This document shows positions 7,571 to 16,450 of a DNA stretch of 32,000 bases, in pieces. Each line of letters starts with the position of its first letter. Position 1 is the stretch's first letter. Source of the DNA: Longivirga aurantiaca (GTDB lineage: Bacteria; Actinomycetota; Actinomycetes; S36-B12; CAIYMF01); assembly GCF_042660085.1 (NCBI RefSeq), contig NZ_JBHSTI010000008.1, forward strand, positions 1,569,876 to 1,601,875, read 5' to 3'. The translations under genes and the position numbers were made by a program. The notes under the pieces are model-generated. The model did no database searches. It was given only the letters and a program-made list of their open reading frames with translations, and was not told where the DNA came from.

Positions 7571-9252
7571 GCGCTGGGCTCCTTGCTGGGCTGGGGCTCC
7601 TCCGAGCCTACGTCCCGGCGGCGTCGAAGACCGAACACGGCGAGGATCCAGAGCACCACGGCGGCCGCGGCCGCCAGCAGCTCGGGCACCGCCCCCGCGC
7701 TGTCCGCGATGGTGAGGTCGTCGCGCAGCGGGACGGTGTCGACCAGGTAGCCGGCCTGCAGCTCGCCGATCGAGCCGGCGAGGGTGCCGTCAGGGCGCAC
7801 GATCGCCGAGATGCCGCTCGTGGACGCGATGAGCACCGCCCGGCCGTGCTCCACCGCGCGCAGCCGCGACATCCCGAGCTGCTGCTGCGGCTGGCCGGTG
7901 AGGTTGTAGGTCGCGTTGTTGGTCTGCACCGCGAGGATCCGGGCCCCCTGGCCCTCCAGGTCGCCCTTCACCCCGACCCCCTGCACGGCTGCACGCCCGA
8001 GCTCGTCGTAGGCCACCTCGAAGCAGATGAGGTTGCCGAGCCGGGCCGGACCCACCTGCAGTACCCCGGTGGAGTCACCGGGCGCGAAGTCGCGCGGGAT
8101 CCGGTCGAAGCGACCGATGAGCTTCGCGAGCACGGCCCGGCCGGGGATCCACTCGCCGAACGGCACGGGGTGCTGCTTCACGTAGAAGTCCGACGGGCCG
8201 GGCGTGCCCGACGAGGTGGGCAGCCACACGATGCCGGTGTTCCAGATGTACGTCGGGTCGTCCGGCTTCTCGACGACCGCGCCCACCAGCACCGGCACGT
8301 CGATCGCGTCGACCGCCGACTGGATCCGCGCGGCTGCGGCGGGATCGCGCAGCGGGTCGATGTCGGTGGAGTTCTCGGGCCAGATCACCAGGTCGGGCTG
8401 CGGGGCGCGGCCGGCGGCCACGTCGGCGGCGAGCCGCTCGGTCTCCGCGACGTGGTTCTTCAGCACCTGCTCGCGCTCGCCCTGGAAGTCGAGGCCGGGC
8501 TCGGGCACGTTGCCCTGGATCACCGCAGCGACCACCTCCGACGGCTGCCCGTCGGTGGCCTGCCCCTCGGTCGGCAGCGGCACGAGACCGCCGGCGGTGC
8601 AGATGACGGCGACGGCGACGAGGGTGCCGACCGCGAGCCGCGGCTCGCGCCAGCGCAGCACGACGAACGCCAGCAGCGCCCCGACGAGGGCGATCGCGAA
8701 CGTCACCAGCGGAGCCCCCGCCAGGGCGGCGTACGGCGTGAGCGTGGTGTCGGTCTGCCCGTACGCCAGGCGGCCCCACGGGAACCCGCCGAGCGGGACG
8801 CGGTCGCGGATGGCCTCGGAGAGCACCCACATGAGCGGGACCACGAGCGGCCAGGCGCGCAGGCGCGAGGTGGCGGCGACCCCCGCGGCGGTGAGGGCGA
8901 TGAACAGCGCGAAGGCACCGCCGAGCAGGAGCCAGGCATCGGTGCCGACCACCCGCATCCAGGCGAGGTGCGGCAGCAGGAACGCGGCGCCGGCGAGGTA
9001 GCCCAGCCAGAACCCGCGGCGGGCGCGGACGCCGTGCCACGAGAGCGTCATGAGCGCGAGCGCCGGTGGTGCGAGGTAGACGATGTCGTACGGCGGGAAG
9101 GAGAGCACCAGCAGCAGCCCGCCGAGGATCGATCCAGCCGCGCGGAGCATGGTCTCGCGGGCCACCGGGCCACGGGAGGGCCGAGGCTCCACGCCGTCCA
9201 CGCCGGGGACCTCGTCGAGCCCCTCGCGAGCGTCGTCACCCGTCACGGACAC
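7567..9252 (-). CDS. lnt: Apolipoprotein N-acyltransferase
   Basis: 561 aa. The N-terminus is multi-TM and the C-terminus is a nitrilase/CN-hydrolase domain (VIWPENS..., NLICFEVAY... with the catalytic Cys context). It is coupled to ppm1. Confidence 0.85.
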   Translation of the reverse strand: MSVTGDDAREGLDEVPGVDGVEPRPSRGPVARETMLRAAGSILGGLLLVLSFPPYDIVYLAPPALALMTLSWHGVRARRGFWLGYLAGAAFLLPHLAWMRVVGTDAWLLLGGAFALFIALTAAGVAATSRLRAWPLVVPLMWVLSEAIRDRVPLGGFPWGRLAYGQTDTTLTPYAALAGAPLVTFAIALVGALLAFVVLRWREPRLAVGTLVAVAVICTAGGLVPLPTEGQATDGQPSEVVAAVIQGNVPEPGLDFQGEREQVLKNHVAETERLAADVAAGRAPQPDLVIWPENSTDIDPLRDPAAAARIQSAVDAIDVPVLVGAVVEKPDDPTYIWNTGIVWLPTSSGTPGPSDFYVKQHPVPFGEWIPGRAVLAKLIGRFDRIPRDFAPGDSTGVLQVGPARLGNLICFEVAYDELGRAAVQGVGVKGDLEGQGARILAVQTNNATYNLTGQPQQQLGMSRLRAVEHGRAVLIASTSGISAIVRPDGTLAGSIGELQAGYLVDTVPLRDDLTIADSAGAVPELLAAAAAVVLWILAVFGLRRRRDVGSEEPQPSKEPSA

Positions 9253-9286
9253 GCCCTGACATTACGTGATGGTTCGGGCCGCCCCG

Positions 9287-9910
9287 CTACTGCTCGAAGC
9301 GCGAGGGGTCGCCGGCGCCGTAGCGCAGGATCTCGGGCTCGGGCGTGGAGAGGTCGACGATGGTCGTCGGCTCCATCCCGCAGTCGCCGGAGTCGACCAC
9401 GGCGTCCACGAGGTGGTCGAGGCGCTCCTTGATCTCCCAGCCCTGGGTCATCGGCTCCGCGTCACCGGGCAGGAAGAGCGTGCTCGACAGGAGGGGCTCC
9501 CCCAGCTCGGCGATGATCGCCTCGGTCACGGTGTGCTTCGGGATGCGTACGCCCACCGTGTGCTTCTTCGGGTGCAGCATCCGGCGCGGCACCTCGCGGG
9601 TCGCCGGAAGGATGAAGGTGTAGCTGCCGGGGGTCGCGGCCTTCACGGAGCGGAACATCGCGTTGCTGACCTGCACGTAGTGCCCGAGCTGGGCGAAGTC
9701 GGCGCACACCAGGGTGAAGTGGTGCTTGTCGTCGAGGTGCCGGATCTCCTTGATGCGCTGCAGCCCGGCGGCGTTGCCGACCATGCAGCCCAGCGCGTAG
9801 CAGGAGTCGGTGGGGTACGCGATCAGCCCGCCGTCGCGCAGCAGCTGCACGATCTGGCCGAGCGAGCGCGGCTGCGGGTTGTCCGGGTGCACGTCGAAGT
9901 AGCGGGCCAC
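9287..9910 (-). CDS. yciO: YciO-family protein (TsaC/YrdC/Sua5 paralogue)
   Basis: 207 aa. MARYFDVHPDNPQPRSLGQIVQLLRDGGLIAYPTDSCYALGC...TPGSYTFILPATREVPRR...TVGVRIP is closely collinear with E. coli YciO (FFYIHPDNPQQR...VYPTDSGYALGC...TPGNYTFIL...EVPRR). Confidence 0.8.
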   Translation of the reverse strand: MARYFDVHPDNPQPRSLGQIVQLLRDGGLIAYPTDSCYALGCMVGNAAGLQRIKEIRHLDDKHHFTLVCADFAQLGHYVQVSNAMFRSVKAATPGSYTFILPATREVPRRMLHPKKHTVGVRIPKHTVTEAIIAELGEPLLSSTLFLPGDAEPMTQGWEIKERLDHLVDAVVDSGDCGMEPTTIVDLSTPEPEILRYGAGDPSRFEQ

Positions 9911-9971
9911 CGGACGACAGTACGTCGGTGGCGCCCGTGCTTTCGCGGCAACGCCCAGGTCGAGGGCAGCG

Positions 9972-10382
9972 TCACCCGCGCTGCAGCAACGACAGAGGGA
10001 CCGGAGGGATGGTCTCGACCTTGCCGCGCAGGATCTTCACGAGCGAGAAGATCGACGTGTAGAGCCCCCAGGCGTACGCCGCGAGCACGACGGCCGAGAT
10101 GATCGTGCCGGGCAGGATCTTGCTGACCGACAGGTAGAAGCCGAGCACGAACAGCCCGGCGTACACGAGCTGCACCAGCAGCGAGAGCCGGAACCAGTGC
10201 AGGGCGAACGGCCGGTCGCGCAGGAACAGGCGGAGGAACAGCGGGCCGATCACCGGGGCCGGCCACATGCAGCCGGCGCAGGCGATGGCGAACGCCGTGT
10301 CGCCGCCGGTCGGGTGGGTCAGCCGGTCCTCCGGCGGTGCGTCCTCGGGCCAGGCCAGCGAGTCGTCGTGGTTGCTGCTCAC
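9972..10382 (-). CDS. Small integral membrane protein (136 aa), possibly DUF4870/Tic20-like
   Basis: The GTG start at 10382 overlaps the upstream stop (GTGA). The coding-like part runs VSSNHDDSLAWPEDAPP...GPLFLRLFLRDRPFALHWFRLSLLVQLVYAGLFVLGFYL... and has 3 predicted TM segments. The family assignment is tentative. Confidence 0.55.
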   Translation of the reverse strand: MSSNHDDSLAWPEDAPPEDRLTHPTGGDTAFAIACAGCMWPAPVIGPLFLRLFLRDRPFALHWFRLSLLVQLVYAGLFVLGFYLSVSKILPGTIISAVVLAAYAWGLYTSIFSLVKILRGKVETIPPVPLSLLQRG

Positions 10383-10825
10383 CCGCCCACCGTACGTGCT
10401 GCCCGGCTGCCGGCACTCGCGCAGGCCACCATCAGCGCCACGACGACGGGCACCATGAACAGCCCGACCGACAGGAGCGCGAGCACGGTGAACACTCCCA
10501 GCAGCGCCGTGAGCGCCCAGGCGCCGGCGCGCTGTCCCCTGCCCCCGACGCCTAGGAGGAGCCCCACGAGGAGCGTGACGGCGAGAGGGATGGCCAGGAC
10601 GAGCACCGCGGTCCAGCCGTTGACCTGCACCAGGGTCGCCGTCCCCGTGATCTCCTCCGTGCCGCCCGACCCGTCCACGGTGGCCGACGAGCTCGAGTAG
10701 CCGTAGAGCGGCAGAGTGAAGGCCGCGAGCACGAGCAGCACCGACCACACCAGCGCGAGCACGAGCGCGACCCGGGCGGTGAACGGGAGCGACCGCTCGC
10801 GCACGAGCGGCTGGGTGTCGGCCAT
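10379..10825 (-). CDS. Hypothetical integral membrane protein (148 aa, about 4 TM)
   Basis: ATG 10825 is preceded by GGAGGA 10 nt upstream. High GC3. Hydrophobic segments are separated by a Ser/Thr/Gly loop. It starts 39 nt after the kal-like stop. Confidence 0.55.
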   Translation of the reverse strand: MADTQPLVRERSLPFTARVALVLALVWSVLLVLAAFTLPLYGYSSSSATVDGSGGTEEITGTATLVQVNGWTAVLVLAIPLAVTLLVGLLLGVGGRGQRAGAWALTALLGVFTVLALLSVGLFMVPVVVALMVACASAGSRAARTVGG

Positions 10826-10864
10826 GCGCCGATGGTCCTCCGCTTCGTGCCCCGCGTCGAGGTG

Positions 10865-11260
10865 TCAGCCGGGGACGACGACCGTGCCGGTCGCCGTCGT
10901 CGCCACGATGGGCTCGTCGAGCACGGTGGCAGCCGACGCCGACACGGCCGGGGTCGCGCGGCAGACCACCCGCGCCTCGAACGCCACCGTGCGCGACCGG
11001 CGGCCGACACGCGTCACGGTGGCGGTGGCCTCGAGGACGTCGCCCCCCATGACCGGCGCATGGAACGTGACGACCTCGTAGGCGGCGAACAGGCCCTCGT
11101 CGCCGTCGGTGCGGATGCCCAGCTCGGTGGCGACGTCGCCGAACATGCCGAGCACGTAGGCGCCGTCGACGAGGTTGCCCCCGTAGTGCGCGTGCGAGTA
11201 GGGCACGTAGCGGCGGTGGGTCACGGAGACGCCGAGGCGCGGGTCGTCGGTCACGGTCAA
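10865..11260 (-). CDS. kal: Hotdog-fold protein resembling 3-aminobutyryl-CoA ammonia-lyase (Kal)
   Basis: About 131 aa. The motif [56 protein letters not shown] matches my recollection of the conserved Kal core ([10 protein letters not shown]...FGDVATEL...DGDEGLF). A TTG start at 11260 would overlap the kamE stop (TTGA); an alternative GTG lies at 11254. Confidence 0.6.
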   Translation of the reverse strand: MTVTDDPRLGVSVTHRRYVPYSHAHYGGNLVDGAYVLGMFGDVATELGIRTDGDEGLFAAYEVVTFHAPVMGGDVLEATATVTRVGRRSRTVAFEARVVCRATPAVSASAATVLDEPIVATTATGTVVVPG

Positions 11261-12021
11261 CCAGCCTTCTTCCGGGTCGAGGGTGCGGGGACGAGCGACG
11301 ACACGAGGTACGAGGCGACCTCGCCCGGGGTCGTGCCCTTGCCGAAGATGCGGTCGACGCCGAGCTCGGCCGTCATCGACTCGTCGAAGCGCGGGCCGCC
11401 GACGACGAGCAGCGGCCGCTTGTCGCGCGGGAACGCCTCGCGGAAGGCGGCGCTCATCTCGCGGGTGTTGGTGAGGTGCGCGTCCCGCTGCGTGACCACC
11501 TGGGACACGAGCACGGCATCGGCCTTCGCGAGCCGCGACGCCTCGACGAGGTCGGGCACCGAGACCTGGGCGCCGAGGTTCACGACCGTGATCTCGGAGT
11601 AGTACTCGAGGCCCTTCTCGCCCGCGAAGCCCTTGATGTTGAGGATCGCGTCGATGCCCACGGTGTGCGCGTCGGTGCCGATGCACGCGCCCACCACGAC
11701 GAGCGGCCGGTGCAGTCCCTTCTTGATCGCGGCGTTGATCTCCTTGGGCGACAGCAACGGGTAGTCGCGCTCGACCACCTGCACCTCGCGCACGTCGACC
11801 AGGTGCTGCACCGCGCCGTACACGACGAAGAAGGTGAAGTCGGGCCCCATCGCCTTGGCGTGCACGACCATGGCCGGGTCCATGCCCATCTTCTTGGCGA
11901 GCAGCAGAGCGGCTCCCTCGGCACGCTTGTCGTGCGGCAGCGGCAGGGTGAAGGACATCTGCACCATGCCGTCGCCCGTGGTGTCGCCGTACGGACGCAC
12001 GATGTGCTTGCTCGCCCTCAT
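11257..12021 (-). CDS. kamE: Lysine 5,6-aminomutase beta subunit (B12/PLP-binding)
   Basis: 254 aa. [22 protein letters not shown]...FTFFVVYG...[27 protein letters not shown]...[12 protein letters not shown] is collinear with Clostridium sticklandii KamE, including the DxHxxG cobalamin motif (DAHTVG). The ATG overlaps the kamD stop (ATGA). Confidence 0.9.
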   Translation of the reverse strand: MRASKHIVRPYGDTTGDGMVQMSFTLPLPHDKRAEGAALLLAKKMGMDPAMVVHAKAMGPDFTFFVVYGAVQHLVDVREVQVVERDYPLLSPKEINAAIKKGLHRPLVVVGACIGTDAHTVGIDAILNIKGFAGEKGLEYYSEITVVNLGAQVSVPDLVEASRLAKADAVLVSQVVTQRDAHLTNTREMSAAFREAFPRDKRPLLVVGGPRFDESMTAELGVDRIFGKGTTPGEVASYLVSSLVPAPSTRKKAG

Positions 12022-13613
12022 CGGGTCGCCCCCTCCTCGAGCAGGTCCGACGCCGGGTTCACGTAGTCGGGCGCCTTCCTCACCACGCCGTCGAGACCGC
12101 GTCCGGCGTCGGCCGGGCGCTTCATGAGCCCGAAGGTGCCGTCGGCGATCGCGTTGAGCAGCGTGTCGTCGACGATGTCGTCGAGGAGGTCGACCGCCTC
12201 GCCGAGCACCTGTCGGGCTCGTCGGGCGATGAAGCCGTCCGGCGCCGGGCGGAAGTCCTCGCGCAGGTTGCCGGCCGCGTTGAAGACGTAGCGCACGTTC
12301 TGGAGCGCGAGGTCGCGGTCGGACAGCCACGGGGTGACGACGGCCTCGGTCATCATGCCGACGAGCAGGATCCCCTGGCCGGTGAGCGCCCCGGCGAGGT
12401 TGAAGAAGCCGTCGAGCAGGTAGCCGCGGAAGACGTCGCCCGTCATGTGCTTGGTGGGCGGCATCCACTTGAGCGGGGCCTCGGGGAACAGCGCGCGGGC
12501 GAGCATCGCGTGCGCGAGCTCGAGCCGGAACGAGTCGGGGATCTCGGGCACGATCTCGAACGCGTGCCCGAGGCCGAGCTGCCAGTCCTGCAGCCCCGCC
12601 TCCTTGGCGAAGAACTCGTTGAGCAGCTGGCTCACGGTCACCGTGTGCGCGGCGTCCACGGCGTCGGCCGTCGTGAGGTAGTTGTCCTCGCCCGTGTTGA
12701 TGATGATGCCGGCGCGCGCGTGCACCTGGCGGCTGAACCTCTGGTCGACGAACGTGCGCACCGGGTTGATGTCGCGGAAGAGGATCCCGTACATCGAGTC
12801 GTTGAGCATCATGTCGAGCCGCTCGAGACCTGCGAGCGCTGCGATCTCGGGCATGCAGAGGCCGCTTGCGTAGTTCGTGAGGCGCACGTAGCGGCCGAGC
12901 TCCTTGCTCGTCTCGTCCAGCGCCGCGCGCATCAGCCGGAAGTTCGCCTGGGTCGCGTAGGTGCCGGCGTACCCCTCGCGGGTCGGGCCCTCGGGCACGT
13001 AGTCGAGCAACGACTGCCCGGTGGAACGGATCACCGCGATGACGTCCGCACCCTCGCGGGCCGCCGCCTGCGCCTGCGGCATGTCCTCGTAGATGTCGCC
13101 CGTGGCCACGATGAGGTAGATCCACGGCGAGGGCGGGTCTCCGTACGTGCCGATCATCCTGTCGCGGGCTGCGCGCTGGGCGTCGACCCGGCGGACGCCG
13201 GCCGCGATCTGCGCGCGGGCCTTGCGCGCGGCGGTGGAAGCGGCCTTCCCCTCCGGCAGGCGGAACTGCACCGAGCCGGCAGCGGCCTTCTGCGCCACCG
13301 TGAGCAGGTCGTCGCCGGTGCGGATCATGGCGTCCCACACGGGGATCGCGACACCGGTCTCGAGGCCGACCTGCTCGCGGACGACGTCGACGAGGCGGTT
13401 GACCCACGGGATGCCCTCGACGTCGGCGCCCTCGAGCCCTGCGAGGCGCAGGGTGGCACGCTCGACGGACACGGTGGTGTGCTGCTTGGCGAGCTTCACG
13501 ACCGGTGCGCCGGCCTTGCGCGCCAGCGACCGGGCCTTGCGGATGGTGACGGGATCGAGGTCGAGCATCCGCCTCGGGTCGTTGGCTGCTGTGACGTACG
13601 GACTGCGGCTCAC
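12018..13613 (-). CDS. kamD: Lysine 5,6-aminomutase alpha subunit
   Basis: 531 aa from GTG 13613. [20 protein letters not shown]...[68 protein letters not shown]...[14 protein letters not shown] is highly collinear with KamD of C. sticklandii. An alternative ATG (MLDLDP) lies 15 codons downstream. Confidence 0.9.
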   Translation of the reverse strand: MSRSPYVTAANDPRRMLDLDPVTIRKARSLARKAGAPVVKLAKQHTTVSVERATLRLAGLEGADVEGIPWVNRLVDVVREQVGLETGVAIPVWDAMIRTGDDLLTVAQKAAAGSVQFRLPEGKAASTAARKARAQIAAGVRRVDAQRAARDRMIGTYGDPPSPWIYLIVATGDIYEDMPQAQAAAREGADVIAVIRSTGQSLLDYVPEGPTREGYAGTYATQANFRLMRAALDETSKELGRYVRLTNYASGLCMPEIAALAGLERLDMMLNDSMYGILFRDINPVRTFVDQRFSRQVHARAGIIINTGEDNYLTTADAVDAAHTVTVSQLLNEFFAKEAGLQDWQLGLGHAFEIVPEIPDSFRLELAHAMLARALFPEAPLKWMPPTKHMTGDVFRGYLLDGFFNLAGALTGQGILLVGMMTEAVVTPWLSDRDLALQNVRYVFNAAGNLREDFRPAPDGFIARRARQVLGEAVDLLDDIVDDTLLNAIADGTFGLMKRPADAGRGLDGVVRKAPDYVNPASDLLEEGATR

Positions 13614-15160
13614 GCCGCCACCTCCTCGAGTGCGCCGGCGTCGTGCAGCACCGAGCCGCGCAGCACTGTGCGCAGGCAGGTGGGCGTGAAGCCGGTGGTC
13701 AGGTCGGGCCAGCCGTGCTCGTCGGTCGTCGCGACGGCCCAGATCGCGTATGTCGCGGGCGCTCCGACGGCGATGACGCCGGACTCCCGGTCGCCGACCG
13801 AGTCGTGGCCCGCACGCGTGTGCGCGTCGAACGCGCTCGCGACATCGATCCGCTGCGACTCCGTGCGGTGCAGGACCGCGCCCCGCACACCGCCCCAGGG
13901 GTCGAACGGCGTGACCGGCGAGTCGCTGCCGAGCACGAGCGGCACCCCGGCGCGCTGCAGGTCGCCGTACGGGTTGAGGCCGGGGCCACGAGCGGGCCCG
14001 AGGCGGTCGACGTACATGCCGTCGGTGCCGCCCCAGAACGCGTCGAACGCGGGCTGCACCGAGGCGATGACCCCATGCTCGGCGAGGACGGCGACGGCCT
14101 CGCCGTCGCACATCTCGGCATGCTCGAGCCGGTGCCGCAGAGCTCGGACAGCGTCCCGCCCGACCGCTGCCGCGGCCGCCCGCAGGCCTGCCACGACGGC
14201 GTCCATCGCGCCGTCGCCGATCACGTGGAAGCCCGCCTGCACGCCCTCGCGCGAGCACTGCACCAGGTGGTCGGCGATGCTCGCCGCGTCGATGTAGAGG
14301 GCGCCGTGCGTGTGCTCGTCGTGGTACTCGGTGCGCAGGCAGGCCGTGCGCGAGCCGATCGCACCGTCGATGGACAGGTCGCCGGCCGCGCCGTGAGCGC
14401 CGAGTCGGCGCATGACGTCGAGGCCGCCCGTGGAGGCGAGCTGGCCCCAGTAGACGACGACCTCGGGGAGCGTCTCGGCGCGCGCGAGCGCGAGGAGCGA
14501 CGCGGCGTCGTCCTCCCCCGAGATGTCCGGCCCGGCCATCTCGTGCACGGCTGCGATCCCCTGCGCCGCAGCCGATCGCAGCGCGAGCCTCTGCACCTCG
14601 CTGGTCTGCGATCCGGTCACCGTGGCGAGCGCGGTGCCCCGGATCGCGTTGTGCGCCTCGCGGCGCACCCAGCCGTCCGCAGACCAGCCCTCGAGGCGCT
14701 CGGCCCCGGGGGTCGACGCCAGCATCGCGCCGCTGACCAGAGCCGAGTGGACATCGACGCGCGACAGGTAGACCAACGAGCCGTACGACGCGCGGTCGAG
14801 CTCGGACGCGGTCGGCAGCTCGCGGACGGGCCAGGTGGTCTCGTCCCAGCCGTGGCCGAGGATCGTGCGGCCGCGCAGCTGCTGCGTGCGGGCGGCGACG
14901 AGGTCGAGGAGGTCGGTCTTGGACCGCGCACCTGTGAGGTCGAGGCCGGCCAGCATGAGGCCGGTGTCGGTGGTGTGCACGTGACCGTCGACGAACGCAG
15001 GCATGAGGTGGGCGCCGTCGAGCTCGATGCGACGGTCGACCGCCGGCGCCGCGCCGCGCGAACCGATCCACGCTAGGACGCCGTCGCGGACGACCACGTC
15101 GAGGTCGCGAACCGCACCTTCGTGCAGCACCCGACCGCCCGCCAGGAGCGTGCTCGTCAC
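13610..15160 (-). CDS. Amidohydrolase-superfamily metal-dependent hydrolase (Amidohydro_3, YtcJ-like)
   Basis: 516 aa from GTG 15160. It has the N-terminal beta-sandwich plus the HxH motif (AFVDGHVHTTDTG), later GFHVIGDGA, RLEHAEM and LGSDSPV metal/catalytic motifs. Both ends overlap neighbours by GTGA. Confidence 0.8.
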   Translation of the reverse strand: MTSTLLAGGRVLHEGAVRDLDVVVRDGVLAWIGSRGAAPAVDRRIELDGAHLMPAFVDGHVHTTDTGLMLAGLDLTGARSKTDLLDLVAARTQQLRGRTILGHGWDETTWPVRELPTASELDRASYGSLVYLSRVDVHSALVSGAMLASTPGAERLEGWSADGWVRREAHNAIRGTALATVTGSQTSEVQRLALRSAAAQGIAAVHEMAGPDISGEDDAASLLALARAETLPEVVVYWGQLASTGGLDVMRRLGAHGAAGDLSIDGAIGSRTACLRTEYHDEHTHGALYIDAASIADHLVQCSREGVQAGFHVIGDGAMDAVVAGLRAAAAAVGRDAVRALRHRLEHAEMCDGEAVAVLAEHGVIASVQPAFDAFWGGTDGMYVDRLGPARGPGLNPYGDLQRAGVPLVLGSDSPVTPFDPWGGVRGAVLHRTESQRIDVASAFDAHTRAGHDSVGDRESGVIAVGAPATYAIWAVATTDEHGWPDLTTGFTPTCLRTVLRGSVLHDAGALEEVAA

Positions 15161-16233
15161 AGGTGACCCTCCGCCGCGAGCCGCTCGTTGAACAGGGTCT
15201 GGATCCCCGGCTCGGTCCGCAGCAGGTCGAACGCCATCTCGGCGTGACCCGGGGTGAAGCCGTTGCCGATCAGCATGGTCACGTCGGCGGCGAGGCCCTC
15301 CGCGCCGAGCGCCGCCGTGGCGAACGACGTCGCCATCGAGAAGAAGATGATCGTGCCGCCGTCGCCGCACGACAGGATCGCGCCGTGCTCGCAGCCGGGG
15401 ACGTCGACGCACACCACCACGACGTCGGCGACGTCGCCCAGCGCGTTCTCGATCGCGTCCGACAACCCGACCGGGTCGCGCGCGTCGGCGAGGGCCACGT
15501 TGTCGGCGAGGCCGAGCCGCTCGAGGGTCTCGGCCTCGCGCATCACCGGGACCACGCCGACCGTGCGGGCCGCACCGGCACGGCGGGCGGCAGCCAGGGA
15601 CAGCGAGCCGCTCTTGCCCGCTCCTCCGACGACGGCGACGGTCGGGGCCTTGCCGGCCTCGACGTAGCGGCGGACGACGCGGGCGGTGAGCGCCGGCGCG
15701 CCGCAGACGTCCATCACCATCATCGCCAGCCGGCCCGGCAGGTCCGTGGGCACCTTGGCGAGGATCGTGCGGTCGAACAGGATCGCGTGGCCGTCGCACG
15801 GGATCTGCTCGCCCGTGCCGTCCCAGTCGCGCAGGTCGTCGTCGATCTGCAGCGGGGTGAGCGTGAGCGACACGAGCGTGGTGATCTGGTCGCCGACGGA
15901 GATCTCGTGGTGGTGGCTCTGCGGCCCGACGGCCTCGACGACGCCGACGAGCATGCCGCCCGACCCGGTGACCGGGTTGTGCATCTTGCCGCGGGTCCGC
16001 ACGATCTCGAGCACCTCGGCGCGCACGGCGTCGCCGTCGCCGAAGTGCTTGTCGGACAGCTGCCGGAAGCTCGCGGCGTCGAGGTTGAGGCGCTGGACCC
16101 GGACGCGGATCTCCCCGGGGTGTAGGTCGGGGCTGGGGTCGAGGCGCCACGCAGCCTGCGGCAGCACGCCGCTCGGCTCGAGGACGCGGTGCAGACCGAC
16201 CGGGCTCACCGGATGACGGGGGCTCACGCGCAC
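15157..16233 (-). CDS. kdd: L-erythro-3,5-diaminohexanoate dehydrogenase
   Basis: About 358 aa. GLHRVLEPSGVLPQAAWRLD...IRVRVQRLNLDAASFRQL...KMHNPVTGSGGMLVG...VVGGAGKSG matches the Kdd N-terminal signature (HRVIEPKGSLPQ...) and the Rossmann motif. GTG starts at 16233 or 16227 are preceded by GGGAAGGA. The longer ORF reaching 16284 is Arg-rich. Confidence 0.85.
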   Translation of the reverse strand: MRVSPRHPVSPVGLHRVLEPSGVLPQAAWRLDPSPDLHPGEIRVRVQRLNLDAASFRQLSDKHFGDGDAVRAEVLEIVRTRGKMHNPVTGSGGMLVGVVEAVGPQSHHHEISVGDQITTLVSLTLTPLQIDDDLRDWDGTGEQIPCDGHAILFDRTILAKVPTDLPGRLAMMVMDVCGAPALTARVVRRYVEAGKAPTVAVVGGAGKSGSLSLAAARRAGAARTVGVVPVMREAETLERLGLADNVALADARDPVGLSDAIENALGDVADVVVVCVDVPGCEHGAILSCGDGGTIIFFSMATSFATAALGAEGLAADVTMLIGNGFTPGHAEMAFDLLRTEPGIQTLFNERLAAEGHL

Positions 16234-16450
16234 TGATCCTTCCCTGCGGCGACGCCGCTGTCTCGGGACGCGCCAGGAAGGCACTCCATGCCGGAAGTAA
16301 CGGGACGATCTCGCCCGTGATCACACTACGGGCGCAAATCCTTGCGTCGGATGATGCCAGATCCGGACGATGTCCCGTATCCTCGCGCCAGGATCACGCG
16401 CGTGTCCGGTCGACGGCCGGCCGCGCGTTCGCGACGCACCGGAGGATGAC

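Noticed and set aside
16234-16450. Possible lysine (L-box) or cobalamin riboswitch upstream of kamA or of the B12-dependent kamDE operon.
   Set aside because: I could not find the conserved L-box core or a B12-box in either orientation. The leader left after placing promoters seems too short for either aptamer. A covariance-model scan (Rfam RF00168, RF00174) would be decisive.
16370-16450. ATG at 16370 as the kamA start (the 507-aa ORF).
   Set aside because: The first 27 codons are Arg/Pro-rich with poor coding character. GTG 16451 has a GGAGGA Shine-Dalgarno sequence 4 nt upstream. The choice remains unverified.
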